Shown here one piece after another: positions 50,196 through 63,877 of a DNA stretch of 64,000 bases. The DNA comes from Octopus vulgaris (taxonomy: Eukaryota). Position numbers and translations under genes: made by a program. Positions within the stretch are counted from its first letter, which is position 1, and each line of letters begins with the position of its first letter. The stretch is from NCBI GenBank assembly GCA_951406725.2, contig OX597820.1, positions 27,466,001 through 27,530,000 of the forward strand, written 5' to 3'. Below the pieces are notes generated by a model. That model was not told the DNA's origin and did no database searches. It saw only the letters and a list, made by a program, of their open reading frames with translations.

Positions 50196-50747
50196 CACAA
50201 CACAATGTGGCTAATTATAGATATTTTGGTTGCATTTCTGATTTTATGTTGCTGGTACTTGCTGTAATAGTTGTGGGTCACTTTTTCGACAGTCATAGAT
50301 CTTTATTGATCCTGCAAACAGTTGCTGCCTAAGTCTGTTGACGTATCTCTCACAAAATGTGCAACTGCTGTTGCTCAGCCTCGGTGCTTGTTGCGTTTTC
50401 TTTTTCCTTTGTTGTCGCTACTATCGTTACTACCGCAACGTTGCCCTTACTCCTCTTCCTGTTCTTACTGTTGTTGTTGTTAAGCAACAAGACGGGTAAA
50501 GGTGATTAGGTGATGGTCTAGGGCTTAGGGGCGGGAGACACCAGACCTTGGAAGAAAAAAAATTTGGTCGTCTTGTTGTAGTCAAGGGCTCTTCGTTGAC
50601 GCTCGACACCACTGGGAGATGGCCCTCGAAGTCGCAGGAAATAGAGAACTCCAGGTCCAAATTCTTGAACGGCGTTCTTACTGTGGGTACTTGTTCTTAC
50701 CTTCGATGTTGTAGTTAATGCTGTTGTTGTTTCGACTGATCTAGTAG

Positions 50748-51312
50748 CTTCTTCTTCTTCTTCTTCTTCTGCTTCTTCTTCTTCTTCTTCTTCTTCTTCT
50801 TCTGCTTCTTCTTCTTCTTCTTCTTCCAATCAGGACTCACGCCATTAGCGACAAAGAATAATCTCTAATTCGAGCCTACTCTAAGCTACTAAGAATGCGT
50901 GTGGCAACTTGAAGATCCACTCACCACACGCGATAGACTGGCGGTTGCACGGGCGCGAAAGCTACGTTGCTATCCTCATTCCGTAAACGGTGGCTTTTAA
51001 CGGGTGGAGAGCTGAACCATCCTGGGGTACAGAGGATTCGCAATCTAGACTAGGGTTTGAAAGTTTTCCCCACCATAGTGGGTTACACCATGGTTCCTCT
51101 GCTTTGTGGCAGAAGTAGGAAGAAAGAGTGAGAGAAAGTTGTGGTGAAAGTGTACAGCGGTGTTCACGCCGCCCCCACCCACCACCGCCGGAGCGTCGTG
51201 AAGCTTAGGTATTTTTGCTCAATTAACACTCTCACTGCCCGATCTTGGAATCGAAACCGCGTTCTTACGACCGCGAGTCCGCTACCCTGACTACTGGACC
51301 ATTGCACCTTCA
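50748..51312 (-). mobile_element. SINE family A, tail type 4 ending in (GAA)n
   Basis: Near-identical to 31908-32460. Confidence 0.9.
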
Positions 51313-52115
51313 CAGTGGCTGCTGTTGTCCTTACTGTTGATGTTACTGCTTCAGCGACTGTGAACACTGCAGTTGCCCTTGTCACTGCAGTAGTTGTACT
51401 AGCAGTGGTTGTTTAACAACTGTTCCTCCTTCGTCCAGTAGACCTGTAATCGTAAATTATCCATTCATAACACAGAATTATATTTTAGTGTTGTTTTAGA
51501 AACAGTACACCTAAGATCACATCCATTGTCTTCCGTCTTTTAGGACACTATTTGTGTAAATGTCTTCAACCATTGAACCACGGTACTCTAGCGTGCTCTG
51601 ATTTCTCGACGCAAACAATAGAATGCTTTGATATTTAAAGAAAAGTTGCGCTTTACTTTTAAAATGGCAGGGTATCTTTAACCTAAGCTCAGTTATGATT
51701 AAACAAAGCTATAATAAAGATCACGCCTGACATCAACAACCAGTCTTTCATTCAAACAATGTATTTAATAGCTTATTATCTAATGCTTCTCATATTTTCT
51801 AAAGATACGCAGTACAAATTAGCGTAGATTTGGCTATTATTTCGAGAACATTAAGCGATATTTTAACATAATGTATAAACACGGACACTTTCTCTCTAGA
51901 TTCAAATTGTCATGGAAACATTGTTTAACGTAGATGAAAATATCGAGTTATATTCACACTGGGAATCTGGTGTGAATCATTCCAACAGAAGGGAGTCGGA
52001 TAAAGGTAACCAACGACCATGCAGTGCGTTTAAACAGGGTCACGAATGGAGTGTATCACACTGACACAATGTTCCTGTAATTTACTAAGGCCAATTTCTA
52101 TTATTATTTGCTATA

Positions 52116-52280
52116 GGCGCAGGAGTGGCTGTGTAGTGAGCAACTTGCTTACCAACCACATGGTTTCGGCTTCAGTCCCACTGCGTAGCACCTTGGGCAA
52201 GTGTCTTCCACTATAGCCTCGGGCCGACCAAAGCCTTGTGAGTGGATTTGGTAGACGGAAACTGAAAGAAGCCCGTCATA

Positions 52281-52337
<57 letters not shown>

Positions 52338-52510
52338 TTGTTTGTCTCTGTCCCCCTAGCATTGCTTGACAACAGATGCTGGTGTGTTTATGTCCCTGTA
52401 ACTTAGCGGTTCAGCGAAAGAGACCGATAGAATAAGTACTGGGCTTACAAAGAATAAGTCCCGGGGTCGATTTGCCGCAGTCAAATGACTGAATCAAGTA
52501 AAAGAGTAAA
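52116..52510 (+). mobile_element. SINE family C
   Basis: As 36131. Confidence 0.9.
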
Positions 52511-53361
52511 GGAGTAGTGCCGCATGAATTGGTATAAAGGGTTTTATTGTTGTGGCCGTTCGTGGTGGTGATATGGTGCTGGCCCTGGTGACAGTGGTGG
52601 TGTTGTTAGTGGTGTGTACACAGACGTGTGGATCAAATTATTCATTGTGTCTCGTCTGTATCTAAAACGGAGCCTTGTGATTTAAGGGGGATTTGGCTGC
52701 TATTTCTAGAACAGCAAATGACCTCGTAGATGTTTCCTCACTGGATCGTTTCCATTATATTATCCCATGCTTTCGCTGTAGCTGTAATCTTTGTATTTTA
52801 AAATATTAACCATTATTACATACTGTATGTGACTATTAATGGTGCGCTGTATATTACATATCGTTATTATTGAGACAGTATTGATATAAAATTGCTAATA
52901 TTTATTGCAACTACTTCAACAGTTGTTCGGCAACATTTTATAGTTCTGAGTCGTGTCTCAGATGGCGAAACGTATAAGAATGTCTAGTTAATAGTCAAAC
53001 TGTTGAAGATTCTCATTCACTAGCCCATACCGTTCAACTGTTTATTTATCTAAGCAACAAATCTCTCGTTGAGCCATTGAGAACTACGTTTCACCAATAG
53101 AACGACACACACAGTATATTGTTAACAGTAGCAAGCAGATGGAAAATAGTCTCTATGGTGTTTGCATATCTTTCTAAAGTATGAAGGCAGAGTAGTGTAT
53201 AATTAACCAATTACTGGCTGAATTGATAAATTTAATCGGCTTATGGAGTTGTAAAATGTAATAGGTATTTCTCTATACGAACTTATACTTCTCTGAACAT
53301 TATTCAGCTACATTTGGGAATCATACAATGCCTCGTGGAAGCTTCTACGATTAACTCTCTC

Positions 53362-53570
53362 TTTTTACTCTTTTACTTGTTTCAGTCATTTGACTGTGGC
53401 CATGCTGGAGCACCGCATTTAGTCGAACAAATCGACCCCAGAGCTTATTCTTTGTTTGCCTAGTACTTATTTTATCGGTCTCTTTTGCTGAACCGCTAAG
53501 TTACGGGGATGTAAACACACCAACATCTGTTGTCAAGTGATTTGGGGGGGGGACAAACACAGACACACAA

Positions 53571-53663
<93 letters not shown>

Positions 53664-53827
53664 TACGACGGGCTTCTTTCAGCTTCCGTCTACCAAATCC
53701 ACTCACAAGGCTTTGTCGGCCCGAGGCTATAGTAGAAAACACTTGCCCAAGGTGCCACGCAGTGGGACCGAACCCGGAACCATGTGGTTCGTAAGCAAGC
53801 TACTTACCACAGAGCCACTCCTACGTC
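53362..53827 (-). mobile_element. SINE family C
   Basis: Reverse complement of 52116-52510, forming an inverted pair ~850 bp apart. Confidence 0.9.
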
Positions 53828-54652
53828 TATAATAGTTTGGTAATAATTCGTTGAGAATTTTGGCTAAATATATATATATAACTCTAGCTGAAATATCGGA
53901 TCAGGAGAAAGCTTCGTGGTTGAAATAGTTTCAAAGCTGCATTTAAGTACCGGAATACAAAATTCACTTCTAATCTTGCTGGTGCACCGAAATGAGCTGC
54001 AATTCGGCAGTTAAGGCTTGCAGTACAGATGCGCTTTTATTGATTTCTGATTATTTATGAAACTGAATTTAAATTCACTGTCGAATAAATTGCACTAGTA
54101 ATGCCCGCATGCGAGGGATGAATAAATTGCAACGTCTGTATATAAGTTTCATTTTACCGAGTCTTGCTAGAAGCTTAATTTTAACCGTTGAGTAAGGAAG
54201 TATTTTTAGCATCATATTTTACTGCGCAGTTCAGACGAATATTTCTTATAAGTGATTTAATGTATCCCTTATACATAAAACATTGCTTCTTCTAATTCTG
54301 TGGTGATATTTTTGGACACTCCATTATCACAGAGGAACGGAAAGACACACAAAATAAGACATCAATATTAATTTTTATATGTCAACTGCAAGTCTATTTC
54401 TCATGAAAACAACATTAAAATTTTGTGAAGTGTGAAGTGTACTTAATATATGTCCGCGTGATTTGTTTAAGTCCATTTGTAAATATTGACTTATACATTT
54501 GTGTATGACACACGTATGCAAACACACGCTAATTTATATGTATTGTAAAAATATATGATGTTTTTGATTGAATGAGTTTCTGTGTGCGCGTCAGTGTGAA
54601 TATGCATGTATGTGTAGTGTGGTGTGTGTGTCTGTGTGTGTCTGTGTGTTCA

Positions 54653-54766
<114 letters not shown>

Positions 54767-55630
54767 AGCGTGCGTCTGTATCTAAATAAATGATTAAGTC
54801 GAATTTAATGCTCTGAATTAATGGTTACTTAGCAGACATTTAATTTCTTTAAACAATCTACAAAAATATTCAGAAAAGTTCATTCACGGGAATATACATA
54901 CGCGTATATGTGTGCGTATTCATACATACATAAATACATACGTACATGCATGCATACATACATACATACATACATACATACATACATACATACATACATA
55001 CAGACAGACAGACAGACAGACAGACATGCATACATACCTACATACATACATACATACATACATACATACGTACATACATACATACATATCACATATACAT
55101 ACGCATGTTTGTGCACATCTATATATCTATCTATGTATCTATCCAACAACTTACACACTTCTCTACATATATATACACGCACTCACAAGAACACACACGC
55201 ATGCACATACACACACACACACAAACTCTCTTTCACACACACACACAAACTCTCTTTCACACACACACACAAACTCTCTTTCACACACATATATATAAGT
55301 GTTAAATGCTGTATATGTGAGATTCAATGCCCACTCAAGTGTGTTGCTGTGTCTGAAGCACATGAAGGAATGTAATCTGTTGAGTAGTTCATTAATTTTA
55401 TAAAACGTAAATCACCAGTATCAACAAGAGATCTACTAGTCATCTCTCCACACGCAAACACATCAACACTTATATATACATACATATATATATATAAATA
55501 TATTTATGTGTGTGTGTATGTGTGTGTTGAGATGTCGCAGGCGACATGAAAGAGCAAAGTTACTGTAATATCAGACTAATGTTTATAATGAAAGGTGGGA
55601 TGGATGCATAGGAGCACAATAAATGTATAT

Positions 55631-55678
<48 letters not shown>

Positions 55679-56623
55679 GTATATATATATATATGTAAAT
55701 ACGGATGAATATATACATGCGCTGAAGTATACACATACACACATACATTCCCTCCCCACACGCATACAGACGTATATCTATATCTCTATGTATATGTCAG
55801 TCTATATACTTGTGTGTCTGTCTCTCTTTACACACAGTCAAACCTCCTCACAAACATGTATATATGTGTATGTATGCATATATATGTGTGTGTGTATCTG
55901 TATGTATACACACACGCACATACATACACAGAAACACGCATACATATATAGTTGACATTTACAGGAAAGTAAAAGACGAAGGCAGGTGTGTAAACAACAT
56001 ACGTGACCATCGGCCATCTTTATCTCTGTTCCTAACTTGTGTTTCTTTCTTTCTTATTCAGTTGCAGGTATCAGACGCATTCTTGTCTGTCTCCTGTGCA
56101 AGCTCGTTCCACCGCGTTCACCACCTCATCTCGTTTAGGCTTAGCAGCCCTTCCTGTTTGCTTTCACTCTCCTGTTTTCGTTACCAATTTTGACCCTCCG
56201 CAAAATTACAAATTTTATTTAATTTGCTTTGCAGGAGCAACTGTTTTGTCGAAAGCGTATCCTGTCGAGAATTGCTCAAAATACGGAATAGAAAAACAGC
56301 AGACAAATGATTAATAATAGTTCTTTATATTGCTTGTCTATTTTTCCATTTGCTTCTTTGGTTGTTCGAAAGAAAAGTTCATATTCCATGTATTCGTATT
56401 TCGTATTTCATATTGTCTACGTTCTGTGACGTTCTGTGCCCGCATATGCATATGTATATACATACATATGTAAATATGAACGATTTCGAGTGTAGATAGA
56501 TCTCTCGACCCCTTTGGAATCATTTAATTATATCTATAGTACCCCTGTATGCACGCGCGCGTGTGTGTGTGCGCGAGGGAAAATAATATATCTCTTATGC
56601 CCCGAAGGGATGAAAAACAAAGC

Positions 56624-56901
56624 TATAAAAGTAGTTTTAGAGACAGAACCACCTTCAACTCAATCAACACTGAAAGATTTTATACCCGACCGCTCCATAA
56701 AATGTTAAATAGTAAATCTTATGCTAACTATATGTATTCTGAATCTCGTATTTTCCGTTTATAAGACTACACGAATACGGGATTCAGAATAGATAGAGTT
56801 AGTATAATATTTAATATTTAACATTTTATGGAGTGGTGGGTATCAAATCTTTCAGTGTTGATTGAGTTGAAGGTGGTTCTGTCTCTAAAAGTACTTTTAT
56901 A
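56624..56901. repeat. Fold-back inverted repeat (arms ~128 bp, ~20-nt loop)
   Basis: tataaaagtagttttagagacagaaccaccttcaactcaatcaacactgaaagattt... pairs with ...aaatctttcagtgttgattgagttgaaggtggttctgtctctaaaagtacttttata. Confidence 0.93.
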
Positions 56902-56999
56902 CATACGAATTAAACATTGAGAGATGTTCATTTTAGTACATCTAATTTGAATGTCTTTTTCTTGTGTACTCGGAAGTAATATTCCCTAATAATTATAAT

Positions 57000-57091
<92 letters not shown>

Positions 57092-57092
57092 C

Positions 57093-57157
57093 TTAGAATA
57101 AGTTAGAAACGTTTTAGCCAGTATTGGCCCAGGCCATGTCTAACTTAATAGCACCAC
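57093..57157 (-). mobile_element. Extreme 5'-truncated 3' tip of the CR1-group LINE
   Basis: tattggcccaggccatgtctaacttaatagcaccac is identical to 7641-7676; next to (TA)n. Confidence 0.85.
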
Positions 57158-58330
57158 ATAATATAAATTAGAGATAAAACCACTATTATCTATTATGCAA
57201 CTCAAAATATATTTTATATATTTATATTGTGAAATTTGATTTAATACTAAATTGAATTTTTCCCTGTAAGCTTGCAGTTATACTCGCTAATATTATATAT
57301 ATATATTTCACGCACACACACACACATAATGATGGAAGACTACTGAATAACAATGAGACAGAACCAATGTAGTAAATACTCTGTACTGTACAAGGTACTG
57401 TAATCTAACACAGGATGCGCGACTAGTTTGATCGCCTGTGCTTCACTTTCGCTGCTTGCTTTCTCGATCAACTTACTTTCCAGCTATCATAATAGCTAGC
57501 GATGACAGCTAGAGGGAAAGAGGGCTGCAGCAGCTCCCTGCTGCTACTTGTTACTAGTAAGTAGACTGGAATAACGTGCTATGAATTTTCCTGCCCAAGG
57601 ACGCCGCCCAACCAGTAATTGAACCCACTACACTACGATAGAAAGATCTACGAAGTAGCCGACGAGCATACATCTATGTTTGTTTGTACAAAGTAGTTCA
57701 TAAAATGTTTATATATGAAGCTCTCAGTTTTATGTTGGGGACATAACTCACTCGGTGTTTCTCTCATTATATACTAATTATATACTCACATGCATATACA
57801 TACACACACATATACACAAATATATATACAAACGTAAGGCATGTTTAAATAATTTTTCGAAGATGTTTCATCTGCTAAGGTCTTTTCACTGCATTTATCG
57901 TGAAGTAAACAAGTTATACGCGTAACAAAATTATGTTAAAATCTCAGTCATCTTAGAGGCATCTCTATTACACTGATGGATACATTTCGAACTCGTTAAT
58001 TCTCTTCAGCATCAGATACTAAGAGAGCGTAACACTGAGCTATCCAGAAAGCTTTCCTTCCTTTATCGTAAATCAGTCAATATTATCGATCGATGACGCA
58101 AATTGGCCGCTAGACCGGAACAAATTGCTGAATAGGTGTATGAAGTATGAATGGAAAGTATACAAACTTAAGACATTTATGCTTCAACTCCAGTGAAAAG
58201 ACTTTACAGGTTCAAATGTTATATTTATAAGTTAATAATTTTGAAGCTATAAACTCATCATCGCTTATGCTCATAAAATGGAAAGCATAAATCACACATG
58301 AGTGAATTCACGCACATGCATACATACATA

Positions 58331-58369
<39 letters not shown>

Positions 58370-58410
58370 ATTATCATTATCATTATTATTTTTATACAAG
58401 AATGTTGTTG

Positions 58411-58455
58411 ATAGTGACTTCGAAGTTTCGGCCAGCTAAGCCATCGTCGGTCTAA
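58411..58455 (-). ncRNA. Hammerhead-like motif, U4C variant
   Basis: Minus strand CCGACGA-t-ggc(ttagctg)gcc-GAAA-cttcgaag-TC with perfect palindromic stem III ACTTCGAAGT; stem I imperfect. Confidence 0.45.
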
Positions 58456-58574
58456 GAATAATAATTCGTACTCTACAAAAGTATAAAGTAACTCATCAGA
58501 TTAAAGCAAAATTGTTTTTTATTACAAATGAACATAAAATCAAACATATAATAATAAAATAACGATAATAATAA

Positions 58575-58765
58575 TTTAGTTTTTGGATTTGGTTTGCAAG
58601 ATTCTTTATATGAGTTCGTGTGTTGAAGTATATTCTGTTGTGTCTGGGGAGAGTCATTCCCTTTTAGTGCCTTATAATGTAACACACTCACCGGTAAAAT
58701 TTCCACTTATTTCTTATTTTTATTTTCTAAAATTTTCGTTGCGTCTTGCAACCTTTTCAATAGTC
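58575..58765 (-). mobile_element. Penelope-like terminal fragment with U3:A8 hammerhead motif (58727-58763)
   Basis: Minus strand cta-TTGAAAA-g-gttgc(aagac)gcaac-GAAA-at-TT-tag; same family as the 30401 fold-back. Confidence 0.65.
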
Positions 58766-59231
58766 TTGACTCAATTAATAATAATAATTGAGGGTATAAA
58801 CCCGAACGTAACTAAATTACCCCTGAACAAATATTATACTCCATACAGTAAAATGTAAACGAAACTGCTACAATAGATTGTAGTATGAATGTACATTTTA
58901 AAAACCACTATTCAACTGTAATACCAGTAGAGGTGATGATAAGACCAGAATTCAATTGATTTAAAAAGTAACGCTATAGCCTTTAACTGAATACCGACGC
59001 AGGAAGTTTGTTTGAATTAGTTCACTTTGAAATCACCGTAAGTAATGGACCCTTGATGAAACTGCAGCGACCAGGATGCATAATTGCGTACTGATTTCCT
59101 GTGTAGTTGAAACGTATGTTGGCCGTTGTTTTATATATGCTGTAGAAAAGTTTTTAAGAAAAAGTTTGGATATGAATAAATCTCCTCTCTACGCTTCGTT
59201 TTAAATTATATATATATATAAAGATATATAT

Positions 59232-59272
<41 letters not shown>

Positions 59273-59598
59273 CGATAAGAGAACAAACATCGAATTCTAG
59301 TGAAAAACTTTATATAACACCACACTTCCATACATTTAATCATATATAAATATTACCATGGCTTTTAACATATAGAAAGAATACATATATAAAAAACACA
59401 GAAGGTAAAATATATATTTGCAAATACAAATAAAGTGAATATGAATAAACAGTTGAAGGTTTTCAGGTACACAAATCCCTTCCAGAAACTCCTGAGTTAT
59501 ATATATATATCAGAAATAAAGGATTAAGAAATTAAGGAATTCTATGGTGAATTGAACAATTAAAGATGTAATTTACTATATCCTGATATATATACATA

Positions 59599-60163
59599 TT
59601 GGGTTGTCCGGAAAGTTCGTGCCGATTTTTAAAGGGAAGTAACAGGTCAATATTACTTGCCATTACATTTTTAATCAACAAAATATGAACCATTTTGTCG
59701 CACAATGCGTCTTCATCTCTCCTTTAACTTGAACATACCCTCTTCCCAGAATTGAGGTGATTTCATGGCAAAAAATTCATCAAGGTATCTTTTTACGTCA
59801 TCCAAGGAATTGAAATTTTTACCATTAAGAGTATTCTGCAGAGACCTGAATAAGTGGAAATCCGAAGGAGAAATATCTGGTGAATATGAAAGGTGTGGTA
59901 ACACTTCCCAGCCGAGCTGCAGCAATTTTTGTCTGGGTCCCAAAGCATCAAGTGCCAAAAATGAACTTTCTTATCTTCTATTTTAAAGGGTTACAGAATT
60001 AACACAGATTATAGGTCCATAAACCTTTTTCCACGAAAATATAGCTTAAACTGTACTCTAAATAGAGATGTAGTCAAATCCTGTTTTATGGACTCAACCA
60101 TGTTCTAAAATAAGTCGAAAGGTAAGCTTCTATAAATCGGCACGAACTTTCCGGAAAATCCAA
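59599..60163 (-). mobile_element. Internally deleted mariner transposon
   Basis: 30-bp TIRs ttgggttgtccggaaagttcgtgccgattt / aaatcggcacgaactttccggaaaatccaa with TA TSD. Retains LGWEVLPHLSYSPDISPSDFHLFRSLQN (YSPDLAPSD motif). Confidence 0.95.
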
Positions 60164-60854
60164 TACATATTTGTGTATATGTGTGTGTGTTTGTGTTAAA
60201 TGAAATGAGACAACAAAGCCAAGGCAGTTAGAAATATTCAGGATATTTATAAAATAAATGTAGTCTCACAGCTGTTTCAATTGTAATTGTAGTTCCATTA
60301 TCCAAGTAATGTGCTGTGTAGAATGGGTAAAGAGTTTTCTAGTCCATGTTATGTAAATTGCGATAGGAGTTCATATTTTGTTATTACAAATGAATAGTGT
60401 GCAGATATTAATTCCATGTGCTGTTCATTCAAAGGGATCTTATAATGTAAGTGAAATTTTGAGAATATTCTCGTAGTAGCAAGTAGATACAGATAAGAGA
60501 AGAGATAAATATGTTAGAAGAAAAATCCGAGTGAGAAGTGTCAGCTTCTTCAATCTGCGTCATTCTCCAATGTGTGACAATCTGTGACATTCTCCAATAT
60601 CCAACAATCTGTGGACATTGAAAGAATGAAATAAAAATTTTACGTCAGCTACATTTGAAATGAAGAAGCAGAGACATTCTGGCCAACGCCTTAACATTTT
60701 TGCCAATTTACTCCTTCTAACATAGGCAGATGGAAGACAAAAGTCGAGCCCAGCAGTATTTGAACATAGAACATAGAAAGGCGTAATTAAATAGTACAAA
60801 CAACTTTGCCCAACGCTCTACTAATTCAACAATTCCAACAACCTGAAATAGTCT

Positions 60855-61370
60855 CAGCCTTTTGATACCACCTCCCCAGAAACCCCCGTGGTAAGATGTT
60901 ACAAAACCCTTGTTTTAAGATGATCTTAAGAAAAACCTTCCATATTATTTCATACTAATTTATGATCGTAACACCAGCTAAATGATAACAAAATTAATTT
61001 GATAAATTTCATATTATTATCGAAATTAAATGAAACAAAAACTATGTATTCTAAAAGAAATATGGTAAAATAAAAGGGTTCAATTGAACTAAATTAAAAT
61101 TGTTCATCAAACTTTCGTGCTAATTTATGTTCCTAACATCAGCTAAATAATGACAGTTTTGTTAATAAATTTTATATTATTTTCGAATCCAAACGAAAGA
61201 CCGAAATGTGATAACAAAAGGGTTAAATTAAAACTTTCCATCAAAATTTCATTCTCATATTTTTAACGCCATTTCTATAATGACAAGGTTATTTTTATAA
61301 ATTCTTTATTTGCAAAGTAAATTGAAACAAAGACTGCGTAATTTCAGCAGTAATATGGAAAGAAAATAAT
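60855..61370. repeat. Three degenerate ~150-bp tandem units ending in aaaagggttaa-like motifs (possibly piggyBac-like MITE ends)
   Basis: Recurring aaaactttccatcaaaatttc, caccagctaaat, tgaaacaaa, tatggtaa and aaaagggtt motifs. Confidence 0.55.
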
Positions 61371-62011
61371 TAATGGAATATATAGAAGGAAGTTAAGTCT
61401 ATGTATTTAGCAAGATCATTTTCTATCAAGAGCAATTTCAAGTAGTATTTGTATCCCACTGGACAATGATGAAGTGCATTGGTTTTATTATTGGATATTT
61501 CTAAATTACTGTACTTTAGGTAAAAACGCAGAAGTTTGTAAACTGCATAGAAATTTATAAATGATCGATCTATATTTTTTCATGGAAATAACCTTGGCGC
61601 ATATTTATCAGTATTTTAATTATATTTATAACGTTGATATATGGTTATTATTATCATTATATTGCCATAATTGGCCATACTATACAATTCTCATTTATTA
61701 GAATATTGAGCATAAATTTCAATAGATTTCCTTATCCATAATGACAGCAGTTCTATGCTTTTTATCAGTTCTTTAAACGATATTTCCATTCATGCCGTTA
61801 AATTTTATGAATTTTCTCTCCTCCTCTCTTTTGTTCAGATATAATTTCGATAAGATATTGTTATACGTTGTATGGGCAATTTAATTATATTGTTTTCGTG
61901 GCTATTGCATTTGTTTACTACCAAATCGTCCTTGGTCGAGTAGATCTATAACCAAAGATTCTCCAGTCGTTACCATCATGTCTGTTTTTGACACAGCACA
62001 TTTTCAAATAT

Positions 62012-62285
62012 GTGAAGGCACATGGCCTAGTGGTTAGAGCAGCGGACTCGCGGTTGTGGGGTCGCGGATTCGAATCTCAGACCGGGCGATGAGTGTGTTC
62101 ATGAGCAAAACACCTAAGCTCCACGAGGCTCCAGCAGAAAGTAATGGCGAACTTCTGCTGACTCTTTCACCACAACTTTCTCTCATTCTTTCCTCCTGCA
62201 TCTTGCAGCTCACCTGCGACGGACCAGGAAAACGGAAAACCGGCCTTATGAACCAGCCATGGCTTGAGAAGGAACAAACAACAAT
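62012..62285 (+). mobile_element. SINE family A with tail related to type 5
   Basis: gtgaaggcacatggcctagtggttagagcagcggactcgcgg head; gcgacggacc..gaaaaccggcc..ggcttgagaagg tail. Confidence 0.85.
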
Positions 62286-62845
62286 TTTCAAATATATTAT
62301 TCAATGCAAAAAAGGCTTTTATGGCAATCTGAGTGAATACGTGGCAACACCGTCGATGATTAGCCGAAGAATTAGGTGTTAAATATATTTATCGAATATT
62401 TTGATTGGAATGACTTCGGATATAGTGGATAATCCTTAAGTAATCTACTATAGAAATATCTAGAAATATCGGGTAACAAACCTCCATGAAATCAAAAACC
62501 ATTGTCTGAGAAAAGAAAACATTTTAAAAGTTTCTCTTTATGTGTGTGTGTGTGTGTATGTGTGTGTGTGTGTGTGTGCGTGTATGTGTGTGTGTGTGTG
62601 CGTGTGTGCGCGCGCGTGTATACACTTGTCACCAGTTGAAATATGCTTCAGGCATATTCGAAAGCATGGAGAAAATTTCTCGGTGCGGACAAATAGGTAT
62701 AAACACATCGTGTCAACTGATAGCGCGCCTTTTAAACTCAGAGACCAGAAACACACACGTTATGATCTGACACGAAGGACAAATCCATTCATATAATATT
62801 CCAGCCATCATTCAATCATTTGTTTCGCGGTTAAGTGGCTGAGCA

Positions 62846-62907
<62 letters not shown>

Positions 62908-63495
62908 CTGATGCAGTACCAGGCAATGGCTCTCATGGATGCCCTGATGCAGTACCAGGCAATGGCTCTCATGGCTTCTGATCTCAACTGATTGGAAGTG
63001 TTATCATGTACATTGTTTTTGTCTTGGTATAAAAGATGGGCTACAGCAAATATTCTGCTCAATACCACAGATTTGCTTGTCACTTGTTTGACCTTAACCA
63101 GTTGAGCATGTCCCTTAGTGGCTGACGATATGTGCATCTCTGATCACGAGCAGAAGTAGTGGGGGAGCATCATAGCCATGTGTTGAGAGGGATTCTTTGG
63201 GGTTTGAATAATTCACCTCTGGAAACATGGGTGGTTCTTTCAACATCCTTAAACAACCCTTATTCAGGGACCTTTTGAGCGGGATGGGTTACTCAACCTG
63301 AAGAAAATTCTAACTGGGCCCCACCTGCAAGGTCATGTGCTGTTTATCTTGATATGAGATCACCATGTCGCGCACATATGGTTGTGATGCATGTGCCTGG
63401 TGTACCCTTATCAGACGGGTTGTCATGATGGGTATATTGGGCTTCGTACATTTTACCCCAGTGTCACTTTGATGGCATGAACTGCTCTCTCACTC

Positions 63496-63497
<2 letters not shown>
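62908..63497 (+). mobile_element. Non-coding AAT-embedded element E, full-length with duplicated 5' ~31 bp
   Basis: (AAT)n on both sides; ctgatgcagtaccaggcaatggctctcatgg occurs twice at the 5' end. Confidence 0.9.
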
Positions 63498-63530
<33 letters not shown>

Positions 63531-63809
63531 TAATAATAATAGTGGGTTGACAGCACTAAGTAGTGATATGTATAACTACAAGCTTGCTACCAGTTCAAAT
63601 ATGTGTAGGAAATATATTAGAACCTGTAAGAACGCCTTGCACTGTATTTTGTCATGGACTGTAGACACATCGGCATAGAAACATCGACTCAGCTCACAGC
63701 GTCTCCTGAACGACTGTGGGATGCATGCACTTCGGAGTGTTATCTCCTCCTCAGCCAGAGAGAACAGAAAGGCAAATGCAACGAACTGACACGAAACAGA
63801 GGTCCCTTT

Positions 63810-63875
<66 letters not shown>

Positions 63876-63877
<2 letters not shown>

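Noticed and set aside
59713-59958. Functional mariner transposase or SETMAR-like gene
   Set aside because: Only the C-terminal ~75 residues remain between TIRs 565 bp apart; a non-autonomous deletion derivative.
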